64,000 bases of DNA from Rhodosorus marinus CCMP1338 (taxonomy: Eukaryota; Plantae; Rhodophyta). Shown in pieces: positions 13,047-27,966 of the stretch. Location of the stretch: the NCBI GenBank assembly GCA_029953675.1, contig JAMWBK010000002.1, positions 2,170,001-2,234,000 of the forward strand, written 5' to 3'. Below the pieces are notes generated by a model that was not told where the DNA came from, did not search any database, and saw only the letters and a list, made by a program, of their open reading frames with translations. The translations under genes were made by a program, and so were the position numbers. Numbering within the stretch: the stretch's first letter is position 1; every line of letters begins with the position of its first letter.

Positions 13047-14516
13047 ATGGAAATGGACTTATTGCAGATACGGGATAACGGGATGGCGGGAGCATACGGG
13101 AGCGTGAAGCCTGCGAAGATGAGCAAGTTCACGACGAATCTTGGGGACTCGTCAACGCAGCTTGTGATGAAGAGCAGCGCGGATTTGATTGGTGAGGCGA
13201 AGATCATTCAAGAGGGCTGCTTGTTCAAGAAAGCCGCTAACGCGACTCGTCTGGAGTTGCGGGGGCGAGTTCTTGTTTTGGGAACTGGAGAGGTTATCGA
13301 CTTGGATGACTCATGCTTTGAAAGAGGGAAGAAGCGTGAGGAAATTAAGGTGCGGGTGATGTGCGGCGAAAGTCAATTCAGAATGCAGTTCGCTTCGAAG
13401 GATGTGGCGGATAGCTGGTTCAAAAAGATGAGTCAATACACCGACAAGGTTGCCCTTGGTGACTTTGAGATAATCACACCAGTTGGAAAGGGAGGAATGG
13501 GATCAGTTTTCCTCGTGAAGCACAAGGAAACTAATGAACTCTGCGCAATGAAAGTGCTGAGGCGATACTCCGTCGAAGAGAATGAGAAGTCAATGCGAAG
13601 GGCTCTGGATGAGCGCATGGTTCTTGAAATGGTTGCTGGACACCCTTTCATGGTGCAATTGAAGTATGCTTTCCAGACTGAAAAGAATTTGTACATGGTT
13701 ACCGACTTTATGCCCGGAGGTGACCTCCACGACTATTTGCAGTCCCATAACTTCAACTTGTCGGAGGCAGTCGTGAAGCACTTATTCTCAGAAATTTTGC
13801 TTGCGATTGAGTACCTGCATGGGCTTGGAGCAGTGTACAGGGACTTGAAACCCGAGAACGTTCTCTTGGACAAGAATGGTCATATTAGGCTAGCAGATAT
13901 GGGATTGACGAAGATTCTGGAAATGGGCAGGATGGGAAGAACCAGGTCGTTCTGTGGAACTAAGAAGTTCATGGCCCCGGAAATCATGAAGAGGAAGGGC
14001 CATGGACAGGCTGCTGATATGTGGTCTCTCGGAGTGTTGCTGTTCTCCTTGCTTACTGGATTCACCCCGTACTCCGATCCGAGCTCATTCGTTCTGGAAG
14101 AGCTATCTTTCCCGAAGAAGGTGTCTCAAGACGCTACTGACTTGATCAGGAACTTGCTGCAACCAGAGAGCTCGCGGTTCACAATTGATCAGGTGAAGAA
14201 CCACAAGTGGCTTGAGGGAGTAAAGTGGGAGGATCTGTATGAGCAGGCGTACGAACCTGTTCCGGATGTTTTTGAAACCTGGGAATTGAAGATCCTGGGT
14301 GAGGGAAGGTTCCTGCACACGAAGATGGATAAACTCCGGGACTTGACAATCGGGGACTCGGTGGAGAAGGGAGAGCACTTCGCTCCTCGGCGAACAGGCA
14401 AGCTTCACCGCCTCGTGAAGAGGGGCTCGCGTGTGAATCTCATCCCCGGCTACATGTTTACCTCAAGCGTGTCTCGTGGCAGTTTCTCTGCCGGAAGTTA
14501 TGTCTCGTCCGAGTAG
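13047..14516 (+). CDS. Intronless PH-AGC kinase, paralog of 7913-9232
   Basis: PH beta1-like IIQEGCLFKK and helix DVADSWFKKM. Kinase motifs GKGGMG, AMK, YRDLKPEN, DMG, SFCGT, APE. Shares RRALDER and LIPGY motifs with the upstream kinase. Confidence 0.9.
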   Translation: MEMDLLQIRDNGMAGAYGSVKPAKMSKFTTNLGDSSTQLVMKSSADLIGEAKIIQEGCLFKKAANATRLELRGRVLVLGTGEVIDLDDSCFERGKKREEIKVRVMCGESQFRMQFASKDVADSWFKKMSQYTDKVALGDFEIITPVGKGGMGSVFLVKHKETNELCAMKVLRRYSVEENEKSMRRALDERMVLEMVAGHPFMVQLKYAFQTEKNLYMVTDFMPGGDLHDYLQSHNFNLSEAVVKHLFSEILLAIEYLHGLGAVYRDLKPENVLLDKNGHIRLADMGLTKILEMGRMGRTRSFCGTKKFMAPEIMKRKGHGQAADMWSLGVLLFSLLTGFTPYSDPSSFVLEELSFPKKVSQDATDLIRNLLQPESSRFTIDQVKNHKWLEGVKWEDLYEQAYEPVPDVFETWELKILGEGRFLHTKMDKLRDLTIGDSVEKGEHFAPRRTGKLHRLVKRGSRVNLIPGYMFTSSVSRGSFSAGSYVSSE

Positions 14517-16337
14517 ACGTATGGTGATAATAATATTGCACATAGAATGTAACAATTTCAAACTATTTTAAAGCTCACTTATATTAATATAAAGTATGTT
14601 CACGGGCTGAAAAAACCCCAACAATGAAAAGAAATCTTGCACAGTCAATGAAAACCAAACAAGCGTAAGAAGTATGAGCCACCCTTACAACGAAAAAACA
14701 GTCTTGTACAAGCAAAAAAAAACCAAACAAGCCTCGAGGCTCCGTTGCTTGAAAAGAGAGGGCTCTCAGCTCTTGCGGAGGACGCCTTAAACAGGCGGAG
14801 TAGTAGAGATATGTGGCGACTATACCACACAAGCGGTGGGGCGACACCGCTTGCTTGCCCGACTCTTAATGCTCTAAACGAAAACAGGGCTCATGCTGGT
14901 GGGAGAATACCAATCATCTCAACAACTGAAAGGGCAAGGTAGAGCGAGGCGCATATCTTCACGAGACCCCCCCCCTTACAGCTTCTTCCACGGTTTCTTC
15001 CACCCTGCTTCGTAGCGCCGAAAATTCCGCTTTGATAGTATTGCAGTGATTCCATTCTTTGAGTCTGACTTGCTTGTACTGAACAGCGCCCTCCACGACC
15101 TTGCTCGAGTACCTTATTCGGGGACCTCAGCCTCCCATTAAAATGACGATGATTCCAATTTCTCATGAACGGCTGGTGTCAGTGAGGTGAAAGTCCAGCG
15201 GCAATTCTGCGGTTCCAGCAAGTACCAGGTCTGCAATGAGGCGCTCCGGACAACCAGGAGCAACAGCGGGCAGGGGCGAGGATGGGCGCCAAAAAAAAAC
15301 CTATTTTCTAGATAGTTTCTCTTGGAACCCCGTCTGGCAACTTGGGTTTAGCCTAGCCTTTTTCTTCTCAGTGTTGTGGTCTCTGAATAAACGATAAGGA
15401 CAACTCGATGATCAATGGAATGACTTCAAAATGCTCGTCGAGCGGCCGCACAAGTCTCCCCGCACAAAGCTCAAAAAAACAACAATTTGGTGGATAATCA
15501 GATCCATTCCACTTCATCAAATACAAACGAAAACAATATCTTAATTAACCAATTATGTCTCTGTTTGAAACAGAATTTCAATAATATTTATATTATTATT
15601 TACGAACACAAAGAATAAGGGTGTATAATGAAAAAACAAATAGGAACACATTCTCGGCGGATAAATTTAGAACTGATTCATTGGCTTACGGAATAGGTTT
15701 TTCCAAAATAATATTGTGAATACAGGTTTGGAATCACTGTAAGGTTTGGGCATGGACGAGCCAAGATATGAATTTCAAATTTTTCTGGGTGTGTGCATGG
15801 ACATGCGATTTTGGATCATTGATCTGGTCTATGTCGGCACGGCTCGGCTGACACCTTTTTAATTTAGTAGTAGATCTCTCTGCCTCAACGGCGTCGCCTA
15901 GTTGTGTGATCGCATCGCACTGTGGAGACGATCGACCCTGTAGTTATCTGGTGTGAACCTCTCTTGAACTGAGTTTATTAGCAACCGGCAGTTCCCATTG
16001 CTCAGCAGCAAGACCCTTCAGAAGAGAGGGGAATTGGCTCACTCTTGAAACCACTGAGAAACGGGACTCGATGTTATGAATCACGCTTCATCGTCACACT
16101 GGCGGAGCTCTTCGAACTTCAAAAAGTGCCTCACCACGATCAGGATGCGTATGAACGCTCTGTTGTGATGACAGTCAAAAGCCTAAAAGTCTCACAGTTT
16201 CTTTACATCAATCAAGAGCAGGTAATCAATTTCTGTTCCCCACCAAAGTCTGAAATCTAAAAGTTGGTTTTGTTCAAGTTGAGTAAACTTTCAGCAAAGT
16301 TGATAATTGTTATGCCCTATGGAGGCATCTCCATCCG

Positions 16338-17291
16338 CTACATGAATGCCACAGCCTTTGGCTCTGGGGAAATAGAAAACTCCTCCGCCGCTCGGGATAG
16401 CCGTGATGCGCCAATAATAGGGGTTCTGGTCCTAGCAAGATGATCCTCAGCGCCGCCTTCGAACATACTGGAAGCTCGCTTCAAGTTTCCCACGCTCACG
16501 ACACGCTTTAACACTTTCTTCTGCCGATGGCCCTTAGTGTCCCGCAGCCGTTCTCTAGGAATTCTAGTCCACGCCGAGACCACGCAAAGAACAGATTCAT
16601 CCGTTACTCGGCGGTTTCCACCGACAGCAACTTTGCAAGCCGCCAATAAGACGTCCACAGCCTTCAGAGGCTGCAGTCCACTAGGCATATACGACTCTGT
16701 GACGTTAACAGCAGTCTCCAAGGCATTTTCGCTAACTAGCACGTTGAACTTCAGCTCGTACTCCTCACGCTTTTTTCGAAGCACGTCCACAGTCCTTTCC
16801 ACGCTCATTGGTGATAATCTCACGACCTTGACTCTTCCTGTGACATGTGTTGTCCGCTCGAGCTCCTTTTCCGAGATCGTACCCACCAATACCTTTCTTG
16901 GATGATTGATCGTTTTCCTTATCAGCTCATGCACAGTAGGCACACCGTGCACAACAAAAACATCCTCGTACAATAGTGTTGGGTGCTCGCTCAGTGCTAG
17001 GAGCAAGTCCAACCCGTTTATGAAGACATTGTCTGATTCGTTAAGGTGGCTCTCAAGCATAGTCAGAAACTCTTCAAAACTTCCCGCTTCAGCAGCAAGC
17101 TTGCTCCAGTTCAGCTCAACCACCTTCTCGGTGGCGTGGACAATACTCCGACGTCCAGTTCCAGGCTCTCCTACCACGAGCACACTCTTCCCAGCCCCCA
17201 ACTCAATCGAAATGGCCTTCAATTCCAATTCCCTTCCAACCACCACTACGTCTCTTGTATCCGCACCCCACCGAACCCCCACGTTCGCCAT
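16338..17291 (-). CDS. Truncated Clp/Hsp100 (ClpA/B/C NBD1-like) AAA+ protein with degenerate Walker motifs
   Basis: VVGRELEL, LVVGEPGTGRR, lid helices (YELKFNVLVSENALETAV...PLKAVDVL) and VTDESVLCVVSAWTRIP align to ClpB/ClpA NBD1 and linker. Uninterrupted 317-codon ORF. Confidence 0.75.
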   Translation of the reverse strand: MANVGVRWGADTRDVVVVGRELELKAISIELGAGKSVLVVGEPGTGRRSIVHATEKVVELNWSKLAAEAGSFEEFLTMLESHLNESDNVFINGLDLLLALSEHPTLLYEDVFVVHGVPTVHELIRKTINHPRKVLVGTISEKELERTTHVTGRVKVVRLSPMSVERTVDVLRKKREEYELKFNVLVSENALETAVNVTESYMPSGLQPLKAVDVLLAACKVAVGGNRRVTDESVLCVVSAWTRIPRERLRDTKGHRQKKVLKRVVSVGNLKRASSMFEGGAEDHLARTRTPIIGASRLSRAAEEFSISPEPKAVAFM

Positions 17292-19682
17292 GAGTCCTCA
17301 AACCTTCGCCAAAATAATCTCTAGGTCACTAAATCCTCCCAGTCCATACTCTACCTTCCCCACATCGTCATCAACAAAATAAACACGCAAATCACATTCA
17401 CGTAACCGTAAGCTTTACTGGGCAGCTGCCCCAAGCACTATCCATCTCCAACTCACTTGTTAACCCAAAAACTCGGACGACACACAACGTAGGGGAAAAA
17501 AACGTTGCACTGCCGTCCTCCCTTCGGTCACGCTCCTCCGAACCACTCAAAACAGAGAAAGCAGAAAAATGCCCTCAAACCAGCGAAACCGTTTACCGCA
17601 CACTGTCCAAACTTCCACTTCAGGTACAAGCTTCCTTTCCCCCCAACCCCTCACTCTCCACACGTCGGCAAAATCGCCTACTCTAGCACATCCTCGAGCT
17701 CTCCTCCCTCCCTTCCAGTCTTCCCCCCACTCCCTTCCAGTCTTCCCCCCCCTCCACCGCCCCGCCTTACCCTCGCTCTTCTCTGCCAGCAGCCAACACG
17801 CCCAAAAAAAAACCCACGCCTTTTACCTTCTGACGGGCCCTTGGAAAAACCACCAGAAAACCCTCCATCAACACGCCATCCTAAGTGCCTTTTATTCAAC
17901 AAAGAATAAAAAAACACCTTGTTTTCCCACTCGTTATCTCATCCAACAAACTCCCCCGACCAAAAAAACCAACCTTTCCTTCATCTCAAGCAGCGTAGAA
18001 ACAAAAGAAGCAGTTTTGTGGGCCCATCAAAACAGAAGAAAAAAATAACATGGAAATCCCTCCCCCCCCCCCAGAAAACGATAAAACTAAACAGGGTAAA
18101 AGCTTGATCGTTCCGGTTACGGGTCTATTAATATTTATCTCATACGGCGGCAAATGGCAGAATCCCAACCCTACCCTAGTCTTCTGGTACCCCCCTAAAA
18201 AGGGGAGAGATCTTTGCTGTTTTTTTTTTCACTCTATTGCAAAAAGGTGGAATATAGTTTAGTTCTTCATATTAATCTACCCTTAGGCGAAACGGGATAT
18301 GTAAAAAAGAAAAAACCAAAGGGTGCGATGAATGGTTAATCTGCCCAGTTGAAACTCAACCCGTCTTCCATATGAGGGGTTAAGTAAATTTTTGTTCCTT
18401 TTTTGACAGCAAAACTAGATTCAAAAATAGGGAGAGGGAAGAGGTAACATTGGTTATTTTTCAAACGGCTTTTTTGGCCCATGCTCATATTGAAATTCCC
18501 CCTCTTTTTACCCACTCCAAAAAGAATATTTTTTAGGCGTAAAAACACTTTTTTTAACGATAAATATCGATCTGTATATATATCTCAACAATAAAATTAC
18601 AAAAGATAAAGGAAAAGAACGCTGGTAGATTCTATTGAATAGTCGAAAACAATTTCAAGTACTGCAATTAAATAAATCCGGGACTGCATTTCATTGTATT
18701 TCTATTCGACAATTTCATCTTGAATAGTTTATATTTTTGTGAAATCGTGTTCTGGAGGTCTTCGTCTTCGATTTTTCGGTGTCAGCTTACAAATAAATAA
18801 CGAAAAATGTGATTAGTACACACCCTGAAGAACCGTGAGGGAGCACACTCGTTGCAAACACTTCGAAAGCGTCATCAAAAACTTCAATCTATTTTAGGAT
18901 ATATCTGTCTTTTCTTTCATATTTAAGCTATAATGTTGAAGTTGACTGAAACGTTTTGGTGACGTTTATAATGGTACTAAATTTCCTGCTGTTTGGAGTT
19001 TGAAATGGGAAAGGGAAGGTGCTTCTGGAAAGAGTCGAGCGAGGCGTGTACAGAAAGTTGTTAGTTTAGATGACAAAAAAAAAAGTGTGTACAAGTTGAT
19101 TTTTGATGTGAACTCCCACTGTACAAATACGCAGGGCGCCGCAGGTTGCAGCGGACGCCATCGGAACGCTTACAAAGATGTTTCCCACGTCTGCGCGACA
19201 CAATGCAATAATCAGTCGTAGTACAGCTGTTTTTCACGCAACTTTTATCCGTCATAGTACAGTTTTTTCTCACGCAGCTTCTAGAGGCCAGCTGCTCTGA
19301 CGAACGCTCCCGACGCGTTGCGGCGCTGGCTTCGAAGTGAATGACTGTCGAGAAAAGCGGATTGGGTGCGACGCATTTTCCCTTGTGTTGTTGTGCGAAG
19401 CCCCCGCACTCCAGGACGCGTGTTGTTGCGGGAGATGGACACTTGTTTTAAGGGCCTCCTTGTATGTACAGATACAAACACAGAATCGATGGTCAACATC
19501 ACCCGCTGAAGCTCGTATTTTAACTCCTTAGATATTTCTCCTTTGTTGTGCAAGGCTGTTTTCCCACTATTCGTTCTCGGCAGCTTTTACAGCTCTCGAC
19601 AGCGCTGTTGATGACGCTCGCTCGTTTAGTTGCCTACTCGCAGCTCTGTTTCTATTCGCCTCTCAAGTAGAACCATGTGGAA

Positions 19683-20987
19683 TCACTGACTCTCATAAAT
19701 CCGCCGAATGTCAGAAGTTGTGGATGGAATCATCGTCACCGGGCACCTGCTGTGCTCTTCTACATATTCAAAAATGCATCGATAGCAGTACGCAAAACCT
19801 GAGGTAGTCTGCGTCCAATTTCAGTTGGAGAAGAAGAACGCGAAGAGCTTAGCGGCGAAACCCGAGCACGCGAGCAAATATGCCCGAATCAGTGTTCGCA
19901 TGGGTCTACTTACGCAAGCTGCCGGGTTTGTTCTCTTCTTGCGACAGATTGGACAATCATCTTTGGACCTTGGCAGGCCCGCGTCAGCACTCTGTGATTG
20001 ACCGATGGGCTCTGGTGGCTTCAAGATTGCATTGGACTTCCTCGAGGAATGGTTCTGCAGACACAATGAGAGGCCCTGGTCTTTCAGAAGCGGCGTGGCT
20101 TCTTGCACCACGGGTAGGCGCGAATCCACATGGACGTACCTCAACGCGATAATAGTACTCGATAGCTTTGAACGCGAATACGCCAACGATCAGGCCGTAC
20201 TTGAAGCCAGTCAAAACGGAACTGAGGAAACGCCAGAATTTGCTTTTCGGGAGGTCTCTTGGTCCGGGCTGTCTCATAGTGACCTGCATTTCTTTTAGCG
20301 ACAGTCGTCTCACAATTACTGTGGAAGGGAACGAGAACTTCAGCACTCCCGCGGAATCGTTTTTAACAGTTCAGAGGAATTCGCCTTACATCTTTGCATA
20401 TGCAGAAGAGGAGAAAAATATTGAATCCTCTCGAATAAATACAGCAGGTTATATGCAAGGTGCACCAAGTCGTAAGCTGAGCTTAGAAAAGGGTACAGCC
20501 TGATTAGCGCTGACTTCAGTCTCGCTCTAGGATGTTGCTCATCCCTTTCAACATTCGAACTCAGCCCTTGGAGCAGTCTGGTCGCGTTTCCTCCTGAAAC
20601 GCGCTCGTACAATTCATCAAACTTGGATTTCAGGTATGGAACCATCACGTTGCAGAGCAAAGAGGTAGCAATGCTCTTGCGAGGCAAGGCCGCAAGCTCA
20701 GAATTGGCTTCGAACGCTGACTTTGCGCAGTCTCTTCGCAACGAGTAGAAGGCTTCGGAGATTGAACCGCTCGACCTCACGAGCGAGTTCCACTCCAGGG
20801 AGAAATGGAGTAACAAAAAGCACTCATCCGAATACGGTATGAGCTTAAAAAAAAGCGGCTGTCTCACGGCCAGAACCTCGAGAGCGAAACTCACGGCAGG
20901 TCGAAGCGCCAAAATCAGTTTCTCCTGTGCGTACATCTCAAAGAAAGATGGGCGCAACTCGCCGTTTATGGCACTTGTAAAAAACAT
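19683..20987 (-). CDS. PEX12: Peroxisomal RING ubiquitin ligase subunit PEX12; 4 exons
   Basis: N-terminal RPSFFEMYAQEKL. Spliced C-terminal RING CPICRKKRTNPAAC|TTSGFAYCYRC...RCPVT. Three GT-AG introns restore the frame. Confidence 0.9.
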
Positions 20988-21737
20988 ACTGCCTCCGGGC
21001 TCTCCCTTACGCACGAATTAAACCGCTCTAGGCCAATCCTGCATCTCAAGACTTGTACATAATCTTGCCCAAACCTTTGCAAAGCTGACAACCCCCGATC
21101 CTCGCTTAATCTCTTGAAAGCTTCTTGCTTCGAAACTCCCTGCAACATTTTTTCGCCTTTCTCCCACCGACACTTACCACTTTCGCTCTTACTCTCTTTT
21201 CCGAGTAGGAGAGCAAAACGTCATCTGATGATGGAGGACAAATCTTGGGAATTGCGATCATTTCTCAAAAAATTTCAGGCAAACTGCTTGAGTGGAACAT
21301 TTGATTTTGGCCTGATCGATCAAGTTCTACGTCATGAGGAGAAAGTCGCCCGCGCGTGGGAATCATTCACAAAGTTTTAGAGTTGGACATCATGATGTGG
21401 ATGGTATGGATAGGAAATCAAGGACGTGAATTATGTTCAGCTCCTGAAACGTGGTGGTGGGTTTAAGCGGAGCAGCTTGACCTTGTCCTCACCCCTCTGC
21501 AGCACCTTTTGTAATCCTGATGCTTTGCGCTTCCGCTGCACATTGATGGCCCGGCCGTGTTCAAGGGGTTTCTCCCTGTCAGACGACGTGGGTCACCTTA
21601 ATAAGCATCAGAGCTCCGGTCATCACCCGGGCTACGGGAGCTTTGCGGCACTTAGCTGCGAAGTTGAGTTTTCTTGTTTTTGGATATGTCCCTCAACAAC
21701 GGTTATTAGAACTACACAACAAGCTTAGTCATTACAG

Positions 21738-24955
<3,218 letters not shown>

Positions 24956-26053
24956 AATTCGTTCTCCGGGAGGGCGGACGTTGCCCCGCCTCAGAGGAGA
25001 CGCCTCTGCCGGTACTCCCCTACCCTCACCAAAAAAAAAACTAAAAACGCTCAACGCCCTTCCCTCAGCAAAAATACAACCGCATCCACGAATCTATCCC
25101 TAACGCCAAACATCTTTCGCACCATCCAAAAAACGCTCCCATCCATGCAATCCAGCAACCCCAAAAATCCAAACCAGCCAGACAAACAACCAGACTCCTC
25201 CTACTCCGACCAAAAAATCTATAAAACGAAAAAACCACCCAACGATCACTCCTTCGCGCGCTGCTGAATTCAACACTTTCGATTCTTCTTTCCAACCTCT
25301 ACCTCTCTCCCACTCCACGCAAAAAAGGCTTCCCTCACCCCCCACCCTTCCCACCCTCCCTTTCCCAATTAGCAAGTTTCCAATGGCTGCACAACTTCTC
25401 CCGCAGAAATAAAGCAGTCATAAATCCGGGCACGAAAGAAAACGCTCCCTCTGGATGGAGCGCAACAGTTTCCGAAGAGTTTTTCCGGCCCAAAAAAAAA
25501 AAACACGAGAACAATTGACCCTTTTATTCTTAATTTAATTGAACAGTGGAACAATTTTCGAAGGGCACCTACGTGTATTATGGGCCAGTCTACTGAGTCC
25601 TTTTGGCCCTCTAAAAATCTCAAAATTCCATCTTTTGGAAGGTTTTCATTGGATAAAAGTCATGTTGGATAGGGTATTTCTCCAATAGATAGTGAGCAAT
25701 GTTCGGTTACCGAATTTTTTGATTAGAAATATGAGAGTTTTGGGTGTCAAAATCGCTTAGACGTTGGGCGTTGACGACCTCAATGGCATTGTTTCGCAAG
25801 CTTTTGATTGCGTATTGATTAGGCAGAGGTTGGAGCACTATGGAGGACTGGGAGGGGGAGAAGGGAGGGGAACGCTGTTCAGCGGTTGGGCTGACATCCA
25901 TTGCTTTTTTTCACGACGAAATTGATGATTTTAAGCTTCGTCTCAATTATCGATCTCTTTGCAATTTGCGGGCGTTCCGTTTTGCCTAGTATGTAGGGTA
26001 TGCGGAGGGTTGAGTGAAGTGACTTTTACCGCTTGCTTTTTGGGACGGGTACG

Positions 26054-27543
26054 ATGGGACGACTTCTGAGGAGGCTCGGGCTGATCACTGTGGGATCGCT
26101 GACAGGAGGCAGCGCGTGGTATTACTGGAGGTTCTGTGCAGCATCCAGCGATACCGATGATAGCATATCTCATTATGAGCAAAACGTTTACCGAGCGGTG
26201 CCGTTGAGATTTTTTTCTCGCGCCGTGGGTCAGGCTGCCCAGGTGAGGTCCCACAGCGGCTTTGATTTGCTTTGTGCGTTTGGTTAGCTGAAATCGGATG
26301 TTCTTGCAACTGCACGACGAAAGATCCGAATTCCATCGGTTGTGAGGGAACCATTGTACGGTTCGTTCTGCAAGGCAACAGGCTGCAAGTTGGAAGACGC
26401 TGAGAAAGCAGCCAGCGAATACCGGAACTTTGGTGAATTTTTCTCTCGACGGCTAGAAGAGCATGTCAGGCCTATATCGGACGCAGGTGAGCGCAGCTAG
26501 CATGAGGGTGAAACACCAGGCCTAATGCTGACAGCTATCCAACTTGCGATGAAGGAGTTCTTGTTTCCCCATGTGATGGGCAGATTGTTTCGTGCGGGCG
26601 AGTTGCGGTAGCTGGAACGATTGAGCAGGTGATGAGAATGCGTTGGCGACCGTTGTTTCTGGGTTCTTCTAGGGTGTCCCACTAAGGCGTCCCGAGCAAG
26701 AAGCACAAAACGAGTTGAACTCTATCTGACATGGTAGTTCGTTTGTGAATCATTGGAAAGGTAAAGGGAAGGAGCTTCGGTATCCGTGAGTTTCTTGAAG
26801 CGGACGACGATGAACCGATTGCTATCGGTCCTGTCAACGTTGGTACCAGCACTAAAGGAGACGTTCAGGCGTCAAAATCCTCGCTTTACTACGTGAACAT
26901 ATACCTTGAGCATGGAGCGTACCACTGCTTCCATTCACCTGTTGACTGGCAACTCCGCAAAAGGAGACATGTGTCCGGGAACCTGCTCTCCTTGCGACCC
27001 GTAAGTATAGTCTGAATAAGTCTGTAGACTTTGAATCCCGCTACGCACGGACGCACGCGGTAGCTCATTTTTCAAATCTCGATTGCTGTAGAGTGTGCTG
27101 CGGAGAATGCCAGACGTTGTCAATGAGAACGAGAGAGTCGTGCTGATTGGTAGATGGAGCCATGGACTGTTCGCGATGGTCCCAGTGGGTGCCACCGGAG
27201 TTGGTAGTATCGAGCTCAAATTTGATGATGAATTGGAAACGAATCGCTTCTACAGTTCGAAGGGAGACGTTAAACTGTCCCGCTACGCGAACAAGGATAG
27301 GAAAGTAAGTACGGACTCGAAGGGTAGTCTTAGCGCCTGAAAAGCCGTTGCTTTGTCTATATCAACTGACCACTCGAAACGAAATTGTACATCGAACAGT
27401 TCATTGACTTTACAAGAGGAGAATTTATGGGGCGCTTCAAATTAGGATCATCGGTAGTTCTCATCTTTGAAGCTCCGACGGACCTTGACCTTGGAATATC
27501 AGCAGGCGATAAGCTCTTGCAAGGGCAGCCCATTGGCTCATGA
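26054..27543 (+). CDS. PSD1: Mitochondrial-type phosphatidylserine decarboxylase proenzyme; 6 exons
   Basis: EFFSRRL...RPI, SPCDG, EQ|[25 protein letters not shown] and self-cleavage motif [12 protein letters not shown], all recovered by splicing. Confidence 0.92.
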
Positions 27544-27966
27544 TGACGACCTTGGTGTTTCGCGTTGACATCTAGGTCTCTCGCAACTCACGTGTCTGTT
27601 AGCCAAAACCTCATACTAACAAAGATATATATCAACCAAGCTAGTACGCGGTTAGCCTTGGGTGACGCTCAAGGAACCCACTCATGGACGCGCGGTAACC
27701 GCAACACCCGTAAACACCTCATGCGAACCCTTCTGTGGGCACTGTGCACTTAGTCTGCCAGGGGTGGAGCACGCAATCCGGGCGAGGTATAATTTTCATT
27801 TCTCAACCGTTGATGCCCTACCCAAGATCGAATTCCGCTCCTTTTCGACAAGGTCGTGCCGGTGAGGCTAAATCGACCATTCGTCGAGTACTGGGTGGGA
27901 ACAGCCGTCTCCCAAGCTCATCACTGGGAAGTTCATTTAATTGTTTATTCGCTCGCCTAGATGTGA

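Noticed and set aside
16537-17382. Long antisense ORFs over the Clp-like gene (likewise over CHD1, kinesin-14 and the kinases)
   Set aside because: Ser/Thr/Leu-rich shadows expected from sense-strand codon bias, with no motifs.
17505-18107. Pro/Lys-rich ORFs in skewed tracts (also 45102-45581 and 55123-55770)
   Set aside because: These result from stop-poor C/A-rich low-complexity DNA, mostly with non-ATG starts.
21114-21728. Small gene between PEX12 and the ankyrin kinase
   Set aside because: The two short plus ORFs cannot be joined by convincing splice sites and show no homology I recognise; left unannotated.
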